Shown piece after piece: positions 15,356 through 24,178 of a stretch of 32,641 nucleotides of DNA. Source of the stretch: Acidobacteriota bacterium. Lineage in GTDB: Bacteria; Acidobacteriota; Vicinamibacteria; Vicinamibacterales; CAVVIG01. A program made the position numbers and the translations under genes. The stretch is from positions 1 through 32,641 of the forward strand of contig QHWF01000011.1 of NCBI GenBank assembly GCA_003222455.1. Direction: 5' to 3'. How positions within the stretch are numbered: position 1 is the first letter of the stretch; every line of letters begins with the position of its first letter. The notes beneath the pieces were generated by a model. The model ran no database searches and was not told where the DNA came from. It worked only from the letters and a program-made list of their open reading frames with translations.

Positions 15356-17881
15356 TCAACGAAACCATCGTGGATTCTCGACGAGCGGATACAGGTCCCG
15401 AATCACGAACCGCGCGCCCTGCGGTCCACCCACCAACGCGAGTCGGGCCTGTGAGTTCACGCGTGAGGGAGGATTGCCGCCAAGGTTCTCGAAGTGCCAT
15501 GCGCGGTAGGCGACATCATCACTTGGCGACATCACTGGAAGATCGGCCAGCCGCGCTCCGCGCGCATCAAGGAGTTGCCCCGTCAGCTGCCCCTCGGTCA
15601 CTCGCAGAAACACACCGATGCTCAAGCGATCCGTGCTGAAGGTTTTGAACGGCTCGACTGAGAGAATTTCACCGGGAAGCAGACTTGTCAGCATTCCTTC
15701 AGCCGTCGCGACGACCGGGCCCTTCGCGGTAAGGCTCGGTACGGCTCGAAGCCCCGGACGAAACGACTCGGACGCTCGCAGTTGCGCGCGGACCGATTCG
15801 TCGTAGAAAGACCGGTAGTGGTCTCGCGCCTTGCGGTCGAGGGTTGGGACCTCGGACAAGAGAGCCCATGTCATCATCACCCCGTAGGGATGTTCGGGAA
15901 ATCGGCGGAGGGCTTCTTCGAAAACGATCGGCCAAGCAGGATCCCCGAAGTACCGGGCGTAGCTGTAGAAGTGCGGGTTCTCCGGCCCTTCGACCAGTGC
16001 GCGTTTGTAGTACTGAAACATCAACTGCTTCACCGAATAGGCGCTGATCGGCTGGCCGGTGAGCGCCGTATAGGAGCCGAGGCGCTCGAGATAGCCGAAG
16101 AGCGCCCACGCGCCATACATGCTCACCGTCCCGGGCGCCTCCCCGCCCAGGGCGCGAAGAGCCTCTATTTCGCGGGCGAGCTCGGTCGGCGTGCGGAACG
16201 CCGCGCGGTCGATCAGACCGGCATGAACGGCTCGCCAGATGTGCGTGACATGGACTTCTTTCCGGAACTCACGAACGACCCAGGCGCCCGCCACGAGCAG
16301 CACGGCGGCCGCTGCAGCCAGCGGCGCCAGCCGGCGCCCCCGCGGCAATCGCCAGGCCGTCCACGTTTGGGAAGAAGGGCGCAGCCACGCCGGCGCGCCG
16401 CGCACGGCCACGACGGCGAGGCACGGCAGCGTGCACCAGAGCAGCGGAAGGCCCTTGAGCAGATACATGTTGTGGACGTGCATCAGGGCGAGCAACGTGT
16501 GCAGACCAAAGATCTCCCAGAAGATGAGGCCGATCAATGGCCACGCGGATGACGAACGCTGGCCGCCGAGCAGCACGATGAACCCGACGCCTAACGCCAA
16601 CCACACCACCGCTGTCCCGAGCGTCGCGTGTCCGCCATAGATCCCGTACGACAGATCTTTGTGAAACACGATCTGAACGGCGAAACGTTTCCACCACGCG
16701 TTCGGCAGCTCAGTCGGATGTCGAAAAAGTGTTTCGATCAGAAAGTGACGGCCCCAGGGCGGATACCCGTGATGAAACGCGTACGTCGGCGACAGTTGAC
16801 GCAGGTAGTAATCGCCGTCGTGGATCCAGCTGTTGTTGAAGTCGAGAATGAAATTCCCGAAATGGCTCGGACGTTCGTTGACGTACTGCACGACGTTGAC
16901 GAGCTTGAACTCGTCGCTGGCCGCCGTGTTCACGGCGCTGACGGGGCCGAGAAGGCTTGCGGAAAACTGCTGATACGGCCATTGCACCGAGGTGACGAGC
17001 GCGAAGAGGAGCACGGCGCGCCGGAAAATGTCCCAATTGCGCCCGACGGCTGCCACGGCAAACACAGAGGCAATCACGACCATTGCGTCGAGTCTGGTGG
17101 GAGGCAAACGAAAAAAAATGAGCAGCAACGCGTACAGCGCAAAGACCAACGCCGCCAACCCTTCCAGTGCCCACGCGCGGAACCACCCCCTGACCGGCGG
17201 CATGTCGCACAGGAACTGGGCGATCCCGACCAACGCAAAGGTATTGAACAGGTTCAGACGGAAGTCCGTGTACTGTAGGCTGGGACCGGATGGCGAAACG
17301 CTGAACCAGAGTATCGCCAGGCTGGCGAACCCAATGACCGAAGACCTGGACAGGCTCTTCGTGATGCAGAACAAGCAGACAATCCCAAACCATGATCCGA
17401 GGATTGCAAGAACAACCAGATAGATTTCTGAACGGTGAAGTACATCGATCACCCAGATGATCGGGACGACTTTCATGAAGAAGCTCTGGTACTCCGCGTA
17501 GTAGTAGTAGTAGGTCCAGGCCTGCGCGCATTCAGACGAATAAAAGGTCTGGGCCTCGCGATTGAACAAGCGGACCAGGCGGAGCAAGCGGACTGGCTCG
17601 AACCGGGAGCTCGCCTCGATACCTGCAATCGCGCCTTCGACCCGCTGCAGCGATTGCGCATGCAGCACCTCGACCCCCGGACACATCTCAAAGGGCCGGC
17701 GATGTACCTGAGAGAACACGATCTTGTCGTAGGTTCCAAACGCAGTCGTTCGAACGTAGTCGGATGCCGCTGTAAAGACCGTGCGGGTGTCCAACGGGGC
17801 CAATGAGAGACACGCTGCGCCGACCACCAGCGCTTCCAAAGCGTGGCGGATCCACGAAAGGCGCGACCAGGATTCAATCAT
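15356..17881 (-). CDS. Large polytopic membrane protein (841 aa) with a ~330-aa C-terminal soluble region; function unknown
   Basis: The track ORF 15356..19120 is inflated. Its first 413 aa are an alternative frame of the SGNH/DltD-like gene. ATG 17881 (MIESWSRLSW...) overlaps that gene's stop as ATGA. It has one N-terminal helix, a ~100-aa loop, many hydrophobic helices (VVLAILGSWFGIVCLFCI, LAALVFALYALLLIFF, WLALGVGFIVLLGG ...), then a helical and beta-rich tail. The membrane part is visibly AT-richer than its neighbours. Confidence 0.75.
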   Translation of the reverse strand: MIESWSRLSWIRHALEALVVGAACLSLAPLDTRTVFTAASDYVRTTAFGTYDKIVFSQVHRRPFEMCPGVEVLHAQSLQRVEGAIAGIEASSRFEPVRLLRLVRLFNREAQTFYSSECAQAWTYYYYYAEYQSFFMKVVPIIWVIDVLHRSEIYLVVLAILGSWFGIVCLFCITKSLSRSSVIGFASLAILWFSVSPSGPSLQYTDFRLNLFNTFALVGIAQFLCDMPPVRGWFRAWALEGLAALVFALYALLLIFFRLPPTRLDAMVVIASVFAVAAVGRNWDIFRRAVLLFALVTSVQWPYQQFSASLLGPVSAVNTAASDEFKLVNVVQYVNERPSHFGNFILDFNNSWIHDGDYYLRQLSPTYAFHHGYPPWGRHFLIETLFRHPTELPNAWWKRFAVQIVFHKDLSYGIYGGHATLGTAVVWLALGVGFIVLLGGQRSSSAWPLIGLIFWEIFGLHTLLALMHVHNMYLLKGLPLLWCTLPCLAVVAVRGAPAWLRPSSQTWTAWRLPRGRRLAPLAAAAAVLLVAGAWVVREFRKEVHVTHIWRAVHAGLIDRAAFRTPTELAREIEALRALGGEAPGTVSMYGAWALFGYLERLGSYTALTGQPISAYSVKQLMFQYYKRALVEGPENPHFYSYARYFGDPAWPIVFEEALRRFPEHPYGVMMTWALLSEVPTLDRKARDHYRSFYDESVRAQLRASESFRPGLRAVPSLTAKGPVVATAEGMLTSLLPGEILSVEPFKTFSTDRLSIGVFLRVTEGQLTGQLLDARGARLADLPVMSPSDDVAYRAWHFENLGGNPPSRVNSQARLALVGGPQGARFVIRDLYPLVENPRWFR

Positions 17882-19254
17882 CGCGAGGCGGCCTCGCGGC
17901 GGCCAAGGCTTTCGAGCATCCGCTCGATGGCGGCAATGTCTTCCACATTCGCCGAGGCATAGCGCTGTTGCGCGCGCGCCATCCCCGAGAGGTGCTCCTC
18001 GACGGTGGTACCGGCGACAAGCACGCCGAAATCGACAGGGAGTTTCTGGGCACCTTCGGTCTGGAAGATCCGGTCCATGAACATGTAGCCGACTTCGGTC
18101 TTGAAGTGAATGCTGTCGGCATAGAGGCGGAAGCCGGCGCGGCCCGTAGGCAAGTCGACGACGGGATCGGTGGTCACGCTCGTGTACCCGCCAAAGTCCC
18201 ACAGCGGGTAACGACGCTGGCCTGGATGCGTGTTGGCATCCTGCTCGAGAATGGCCGCCAGCCCACGTTCCCATTCGACGAACTGCGGCCACCATCCCAT
18301 CAGCCGAATCGCCTCGTACGATCGCGCGTGATGAGGCGAGAGATAAAACCGCAGGTCGACGCCGTGCGCGCGGGCAACCGACACCAGCCGGCGCATGGCC
18401 TCCAGAGAGGACCAGCCTTCGTTGTCCACGAACCGGAATGGCTGACCGGGCACGGGATAGATGCCGGCAATGATGACCCGGTCGCCATCGATCATCCCTT
18501 GCAGGAACTTGGACCGAGAGACGCGGTCGGGCGGTGCGGGTGGCGGGGGCGCGCCCTCGGCCGGACGCGGTCCGGGACCGACGCCTATCCCGAAATTGGG
18601 TCCGGTTCCCTTGAACCAGGTTCGCTCTGCCCAGAGCGACCCCGCACGCTGAACGAGCGGCTCCCAGAGTTTCGCTTGTGACGCGTACGTGTAATCGGCG
18701 GTGAACAGGCGCTGCCCGACAAACCGCGCCAGATCGCGGCGATAGGAAGGGCGCTGCGCCAGCGGAAGATCGAAGAACCCCGGCGACGTGGGCTTGTCGG
18801 CGGCGAACATATAGAACTCCAGCCCGATCACGGCCCGCCTCGGCGGGTGCAGCGCGACAACATGTTCGAACGCGGCCAGGAGCTCGCGGATGCTGACGCC
18901 CGGTAAGCCGAAGTTGTAGGCGGGCCGACCGTCGGCGTCCCGCAGCGGCGCGTAGCCGGAGTCGACGTACGACCAGACTGTTGAACTGCCGAACACCACT
19001 GACTGTGGCGCGTAGAATGCCACGTTCAGCATCTTCGCCTCGCGCGTTCCGTGTGGCACCGGCCAGGCGCCGCCGGCCGCCAGCGACAACTCCACCGCCG
19101 TCGGGTTCGCCGGGCGCCATCCGGCGACGCGGGCGTACCCAAGCGGGTCCATCACGATGTTCACGGTGGGAATGCTGCCCAGCAGAGCAGCGACCGCGAC
19201 GCCCATGGCGAACATGTACCGTCGGCCTTCCGGAGCGTCAGCGATCGTGCTCAA
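17878..19254 (-). CDS. Membrane-anchored SGNH/DltD-like partner protein of the MBOAT acyltransferase
   Basis: ORF 17878..19338. Candidate starts are TTG 19254 (TTGA overlap with the MBOAT stop) or ATG 19215. The amino-acid conservation ADAPEGRRYMF / ADSPQARRYMF with the paralogous fragment, upstream of that ATG, favours 19254. It has a single N-terminal TM helix, a block-I-like VVFGSST and a block-V-like YADSIHF (DxxH). Confidence 0.7.
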   Translation of the reverse strand: MSTIADAPEGRRYMFAMGVAVAALLGSIPTVNIVMDPLGYARVAGWRPANPTAVELSLAAGGAWPVPHGTREAKMLNVAFYAPQSVVFGSSTVWSYVDSGYAPLRDADGRPAYNFGLPGVSIRELLAAFEHVVALHPPRRAVIGLEFYMFAADKPTSPGFFDLPLAQRPSYRRDLARFVGQRLFTADYTYASQAKLWEPLVQRAGSLWAERTWFKGTGPNFGIGVGPGPRPAEGAPPPPAPPDRVSRSKFLQGMIDGDRVIIAGIYPVPGQPFRFVDNEGWSSLEAMRRLVSVARAHGVDLRFYLSPHHARSYEAIRLMGWWPQFVEWERGLAAILEQDANTHPGQRRYPLWDFGGYTSVTTDPVVDLPTGRAGFRLYADSIHFKTEVGYMFMDRIFQTEGAQKLPVDFGVLVAGTTVEEHLSGMARAQQRYASANVEDIAAIERMLESLGRREAASR

Positions 19255-20831
19255 AACTGGTAGTACAGAAACTCGCTCGGCTTGGTCAGATTCAGCAGGG
19301 CAATCGTGAACAACACCGCTGCCACAACGGCCCACCACAGCGTGGGCCGCCAGCTGATTCTGGAAGCGACCGCACGGTCATCGCTGCCGGCGCGCTGCAA
19401 GACGACGTCGAAACGACCCATGATTTCCAAGCTGTTAGGCATCCACAGCACGATCGGCAGGAGGGCCGCGATCCAGAGGCCCACCGGAATGATCGACGCC
19501 TGCATGGCCGGCTCGAATCTAACGCCGGCGCTCGCAAGCCACGTCCCGATCGATCCCAGTGCCGCGCGGTCGCCTTCGAACAACCTGAAACCGTTCATCC
19601 CGGCCATTCCAGACCACACGCCGCAGGCTCCGGCCAGCGTGGTCGATCGAAAAAAGACCCAGGCGACCACGACGGCTGCGAACGTCACCGTTCTGGAAGC
19701 GAAACGTCCCGAAAGGGTCGACCGGGACAGATCAGCGCCGAAGGCGGCGCGCAGCGATCGCCAGCCGTGATTCACTACGAGAAATATCCCGTGCAGACCG
19801 CCCCAGATGACGAATGTCCAGCCCGCCCCGTGCCACAGTCCACCAATGAGCATCGTCACGAGCAGGTTGACATACCGGCGGAATGAACCCCGCCGATTGC
19901 CGCCGAGTGGCAGGTACAAGTAGTCCCGCAGGAATCGCGAGAGCGTCATGTGCCAGCGACGCCAGAACTCGATGATGTTGACCGCCTTGTAGGGCGAATT
20001 GAAGTTCGCGGGGAATCGGACGCCGAACATGAGCGTCAAGCCGACCGCCATGTCCGAATAGCCGGAAAAGTCGAAGTAGAGTTGCAGCGTATAAGCAAGC
20101 GCACCCGCCCACCCGTCGAAGAAGCCGACGGGAACTCCCAGGCCGGACTTCGTGAACACCGACATGGCGTTGGTTGCGGCCACGTAGTACCCGATGCCGT
20201 CCGCAAGCACGACTTTCTTGAACAGCCCCATGGTCAACATCGCGGAGCCGGAGGCCATCGCCATCCAGTTGAACCTGGACGCCGCAGCAGTCGCAAACTG
20301 GGGCATGGTCTCCTTGTGATGGATGATCGGACCCGCAATCAAGTGAGGGAACCACGTCACAAACAGCAGGTAGTGCAGCGGGTCCTGCTCGCGCGCCTCC
20401 GAGCAGTACGTATCGACGATAAAGGCTATCTGGGTGAAGGTGAAGAACGAGATACCAAGTGGCAGCACCACGTCGACACGTGTGAGGTGCCAACCGGTCA
20501 CTGTATTGACGCTTGAAACGAAGAAGCCGTAGTACTTGAAGTACCCGAGAAGCACCAGGTCGGCGGCAACGGTGGCGCCCGCGAGCCATTTGGCGATCGT
20601 CTTCCGGCGTCGTCCCTGGCTTCGTACGATGGCCCGGCTCATCGCGTAGTTGAACGCCGCTGATCCCAGGAGCAGCGGGACATATCGGATGTCCCAACAA
20701 CCGTAGAAAAACACCGACGCCAGGACGAGCACGACGGTTCCCAGACGGGGTTTCGCACGAGCCACCAGAAAGAAGCCCAGCAGGGTCGCCGGCAGAAATG
20801 CGAAAAGAAACGAATAGGAGTTGAACAGCAT
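19251..20831 (-). CDS. MBOAT-family membrane-bound O-acyltransferase (AlgI/DltB/PatA-like)
   Basis: ORF 19251..20831, 526 aa. It has the canonical N-terminus MLFNSYSFLFAFLPATLLGFFL, plus FNSPYKAVNIIEFWRRWHMTLSRFLRDYLYLPLGGNR and the conserved His region LIGGLWHGAGWTFVIWGGLHG. Confidence 0.9.
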   Translation of the reverse strand: MLFNSYSFLFAFLPATLLGFFLVARAKPRLGTVVLVLASVFFYGCWDIRYVPLLLGSAAFNYAMSRAIVRSQGRRRKTIAKWLAGATVAADLVLLGYFKYYGFFVSSVNTVTGWHLTRVDVVLPLGISFFTFTQIAFIVDTYCSEAREQDPLHYLLFVTWFPHLIAGPIIHHKETMPQFATAAASRFNWMAMASGSAMLTMGLFKKVVLADGIGYYVAATNAMSVFTKSGLGVPVGFFDGWAGALAYTLQLYFDFSGYSDMAVGLTLMFGVRFPANFNSPYKAVNIIEFWRRWHMTLSRFLRDYLYLPLGGNRRGSFRRYVNLLVTMLIGGLWHGAGWTFVIWGGLHGIFLVVNHGWRSLRAAFGADLSRSTLSGRFASRTVTFAAVVVAWVFFRSTTLAGACGVWSGMAGMNGFRLFEGDRAALGSIGTWLASAGVRFEPAMQASIIPVGLWIAALLPIVLWMPNSLEIMGRFDVVLQRAGSDDRAVASRISWRPTLWWAVVAAVLFTIALLNLTKPSEFLYYQF

Positions 20832-20834
20832 GCG

Positions 20835-22832
20835 TCAGAAGCAGTCGGGGTTGCCGGCAATCCAGGACTCGTGCCACAACACCGCGTTCAGCACGGTCCA
20901 GAGGTGAAAGCTGTAGCCGCCGTTGCCGTCCATCTGGCGCTGCAGCAACTCGCTGAAGTAGGTGTTGTCGAAGAAGCCTTCCTTCTTGAGCACCGATCGA
21001 TCGAAGGCGGCCTGGCAGCGGCGTCCGAAATCGCCCTCGCGAAACCACTCTTCCATCGGCGCCCCGAAACCCTGTTTCTTGCGGTACACGAGATCGTCGT
21101 CCAGATAAGGCGCTGCGGCCTTCTTCAGGAGGGCTTTGCCCACGCCGTTCTGCAGCTTGTAGGACGGGGGCAGCTTCGTCGCGAACTCGACGACGTCGTG
21201 ATCGAGAAACGGCACTCTGGCTTCGATGGAATGTGCCATGGTGAGCTTGTCGACCCGCATCAACAGGTGTTCCGGTAGCCGCAGTTTCATTTCCATGTAC
21301 GGAATCTTCTGCAGCACTTCCGGCTCCACCAGCTTTCCATCGAGGCTGCCGAGATACTCGCGCACCACGGCGTGACTGTCGCGCACCGTGTGACCATGCG
21401 GCATCAGGCCTTCGACGGGGCACTCGACAGCCTGCTCGAACGGAGCCGTGCATGGCGTGAGCGACCCACGCATCTGACCCCACCAGCACACCGCGCCGCC
21501 CCAGAACAATTCCTGGCCGGCTCTGACGCGATTGATGATCTCGAGATCTTCCCCGCTGACGCCTGGAACGGCCGCCCTGGCTCTCGTCCGAAACATCTGC
21601 CACCAGCCCGGCGTCTGCCGCGCCGGTCGGTACACGTCCTCATACTTCTGGCGATAGTGCTCGCACCACCAGTACCCGAGAAAGCTCTCGTCGGCGCCCT
21701 CTCCCACCTGGACGACCGTCGTGCCGCACTGCTTCACGAGCCGCGCGAGAAAGTAGAGCGGGATGCAGACGTTGTCGGCGATGGGCTCGTCCTGCAACCG
21801 CACCAGCAGCGGCAGAAAGTCCTGCGCCTCCTGCCGGCTGATGAGCGTCTCGTGATGGTCCGTCCTGTAGCGCTCGCTCACGCGCCGGGCAAACTGGAAC
21901 TCGTTGTAGTCTTCCTTCCCTTCGTACCCGATCGTGAACGTCGTGACTGGGCGCGTCATCAACTCGCTCATCAGCGCCACGTTCAGCGAAGAGTCCACGC
22001 CGCCTGACAGCAGCACACCGAACGGCACGTCCGACACCATCCGGCGGGCGATGGACTGCTTCATCAGCCGCGTGAGCTCCTGCACCGCTTCGTCTTCGCT
22101 CAGGTCCTGCTCACCGAGCGTCCTGGCCGCCGCCGGTTTGCAATCCCAGAACTGCCGGGCGGTGGCGCGTCCGTGATGATCGATGGTGACGGTGTGGCCC
22201 GCCGGAAGCTTGAAGACATTGCGAAAGAGTGTCATCGGGGCCGGCGTCACGATGAACGTGAGGTAGTGCCAGAAAGCGGTGAGGTCCATTTCGGCCGATA
22301 CCTGGGGATGCGCGAGCAGCGCGCGGATCTCCGACGCAAACAACCATTCCCCGGCGGCCGTCTTCGTGAAGTAGAGCGGCTTGATGCCCACGCGGTCACG
22401 CACGAGGTGAAGCAATGGCCGGCGATCGCGGGCATCGTAGATCCCGGCGGCAAACATGCCGCAGAACTGCTGGAAGCAGTCCAGGCCCCATTCTTCGTAG
22501 GCATGCAGCAGCACTTCGGTGTCCGAGTGATCGGTCTTCCACTCGTATTTTCCGATCGCCGCCAGTTTCAGCCTGAGCTCGGCGTGGTTGTAGATCTCGC
22601 CGTTGAACGTGACAGCCACGGTTCCCGCGGCGTTCAGCATCGGCTGCGCGGCGGCGTCAGACAAATCGATGATCGACAGGCGTCGGTGGCCGAGCGCGCA
22701 GCGACGGTCCGGAGAGAGCCACAGGCCGACACCGTCGGGACCGCGATGGGGCATCCTGTCCCGCATCGCCTCCACGATGTCGGCTCGACACTCGCCGCCG
22801 AGGGGTTTGAAGCTACCGGCGATTCCACACAT
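20835..22832 (-). CDS. Asparagine synthase (glutamine-hydrolysing) family amidotransferase
   Basis: ORF 20835..22832, 665 aa. It has the N-terminal nucleophile MCGIAG, HRGPDG, FNGEIYN, and the PP-loop SGGVDSS in the synthetase domain. Confidence 0.9.
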   Translation of the reverse strand: MCGIAGSFKPLGGECRADIVEAMRDRMPHRGPDGVGLWLSPDRRCALGHRRLSIIDLSDAAAQPMLNAAGTVAVTFNGEIYNHAELRLKLAAIGKYEWKTDHSDTEVLLHAYEEWGLDCFQQFCGMFAAGIYDARDRRPLLHLVRDRVGIKPLYFTKTAAGEWLFASEIRALLAHPQVSAEMDLTAFWHYLTFIVTPAPMTLFRNVFKLPAGHTVTIDHHGRATARQFWDCKPAAARTLGEQDLSEDEAVQELTRLMKQSIARRMVSDVPFGVLLSGGVDSSLNVALMSELMTRPVTTFTIGYEGKEDYNEFQFARRVSERYRTDHHETLISRQEAQDFLPLLVRLQDEPIADNVCIPLYFLARLVKQCGTTVVQVGEGADESFLGYWWCEHYRQKYEDVYRPARQTPGWWQMFRTRARAAVPGVSGEDLEIINRVRAGQELFWGGAVCWWGQMRGSLTPCTAPFEQAVECPVEGLMPHGHTVRDSHAVVREYLGSLDGKLVEPEVLQKIPYMEMKLRLPEHLLMRVDKLTMAHSIEARVPFLDHDVVEFATKLPPSYKLQNGVGKALLKKAAAPYLDDDLVYRKKQGFGAPMEEWFREGDFGRRCQAAFDRSVLKKEGFFDNTYFSELLQRQMDGNGGYSFHLWTVLNAVLWHESWIAGNPDCF

Positions 22833-22852
22833 GGTGTTCCGTTGCCCCTGAA

Positions 22853-24178
22853 TCAGCTGTGGGTTTTTCCTGAATTCCGGCGCAAGAGTCGCTTAACGAC
22901 CTCGCTGGGCGTGGCATCGAAGGCCGCCTGGAGATCGCCGAGCCGATCGTTGAGCCTGCCAAGCTGATCGTTCTGCCGCGCGATCGTCTGATCGCGTGTT
23001 GCGATCTCCTCATACAGCCGGGCGATGGTGCGATCGCGTTCCTCGACCGCACGATTCCGCTCTTCCTGGAACTCCGCCAGCAGGCGATCGCGCGTCGCGA
23101 CGTCGGCCTGCAGCTGGACCAGCAGCGGCTCCCGTTCAAGGTCGGCCAGCATCTGATCACGAACTACCACCTCGTGCTGCAGCTGCGCCAGCAACGGCTC
23201 CCGGTCGACGAGATCGTCAGCCTGAAACTCCGGACTGTCGTGCCGCATGGCTTCCCAGTGGCGTTCCGTCTCGACGAACAGCGTGCGCCACTCGGGGGCG
23301 GGGCCGGTGGCGGTCGTCGTCTCCCCGCGGCGGGACAGCGTCGTGATGTACTCGCGCTGCGTCGGGTCGGCCAGCATTTTCCAGAAGTTGGTCACGTCAC
23401 GGCCACTGAGCTCCGGCTGCTCATAACAGCTATAGCTGTACAACTCGATCGCCTTCACCTCGTGACCGACTTCGTTCAGCATCCACGCGACTTCAGGCGC
23501 GGTGTATTCACGGTGATGCCCTTCGTACGGAATCGGCGAGTAGAACTGCGCGGCCAGAGGCGGCCACACACTCTCGCCCCGCGCAAGTGCCTGACGCTTG
23601 TAGAGGTGCGCGAGGTTCGGGGTGTCGATCACCAGATGACCGCCCGGCTTCAGCACACGATTGATCGTGGTCAGCAATCCAAGAGGCGTATGAGGCACGT
23701 GCTCGATCACGCCGGCGCACAGCACCACGTCGTAGCCGCCATCAGGCAACCCCGCCAGAGCCCGGCCTGCGTCGTCGAAGTCGAGCAGCCGAATGCCGCG
23801 ACTCCGCATGAGCGACAACGGCGGTTCAAGCGTGCGTGCATACGTGCGATAGGCATCGACCGCATCGACGTCGAAACCCAGATCCGCGAACATGCCTGAA
23901 AAATTGCCGAAGTACGCGCCGTAGTCCAGCAGGCGTCCCTGACGGACGCCTGCGCGCCTCAGCGCGCCGGCCGCATGAATCATTCGCGCAATGCTGCAAC
24001 GGAGATAGTTGGACCAATCGTTCTCCCTGAGCGCCGGCGAATGACGCTCCAGGGCATCGTAAGACAGCCCGTGGATCACGCCCAGCACGCGATCCACCGC
24101 TGCGATGGCGACGGGCAGCTCCTCCGGGAAGTCGTCCGCGAGACACGCGGGGAAATGAAGGTCGAGCGTCTCGTTCAT
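22853..24178 (-). CDS. Class I SAM-dependent methyltransferase with a ~110-aa C-terminal coiled-coil tail containing tandem repeats
   Basis: The track ORF is 22853..24199. ATG 24178 overlaps the ABC ATPase stop (ATGA). MT motifs are RLLDYGAYFGNFSGMFADLGFDVDAVD, YDVVLCAGVIEHV and LKPGGHLVIDTPN. The tail reads DREPLLAQLQHEVVVRDQMLADLE / REPLLVQLQADVATRDRLLAEFQ / EERNRAVEERDRTIARLYEEIATRDQTIARQNDQLGRLNDRLGDLQ. Confidence 0.8.
   Translation of the reverse strand: MNETLDLHFPACLADDFPEELPVAIAAVDRVLGVIHGLSYDALERHSPALRENDWSNYLRCSIARMIHAAGALRRAGVRQGRLLDYGAYFGNFSGMFADLGFDVDAVDAYRTYARTLEPPLSLMRSRGIRLLDFDDAGRALAGLPDGGYDVVLCAGVIEHVPHTPLGLLTTINRVLKPGGHLVIDTPNLAHLYKRQALARGESVWPPLAAQFYSPIPYEGHHREYTAPEVAWMLNEVGHEVKAIELYSYSCYEQPELSGRDVTNFWKMLADPTQREYITTLSRRGETTTATGPAPEWRTLFVETERHWEAMRHDSPEFQADDLVDREPLLAQLQHEVVVRDQMLADLEREPLLVQLQADVATRDRLLAEFQEERNRAVEERDRTIARLYEEIATRDQTIARQNDQLGRLNDRLGDLQAAFDATPSEVVKRLLRRNSGKTHS

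Noticed and set aside
17882-19120. N-terminal 413 aa of the 1254-aa minus-strand ORF 15356..19120
   Set aside because: This part is an alternative frame of the SGNH/DltD-like gene. It is Arg/Ala/Gly-rich (RRRLAGATRNARGEDAERG...) with no hydrophobic helices or motifs. The real gene starts at ATG 17881 with an ATGA overlap.
19732-21603. 623-aa minus-strand ORF overlapping the MBOAT and AsnB genes
   Set aside because: This is an off-frame read-through of two genes with strong family motifs in their own frames. The translation is dominated by Arg/Gly/Pro, so it is a compositional artefact.
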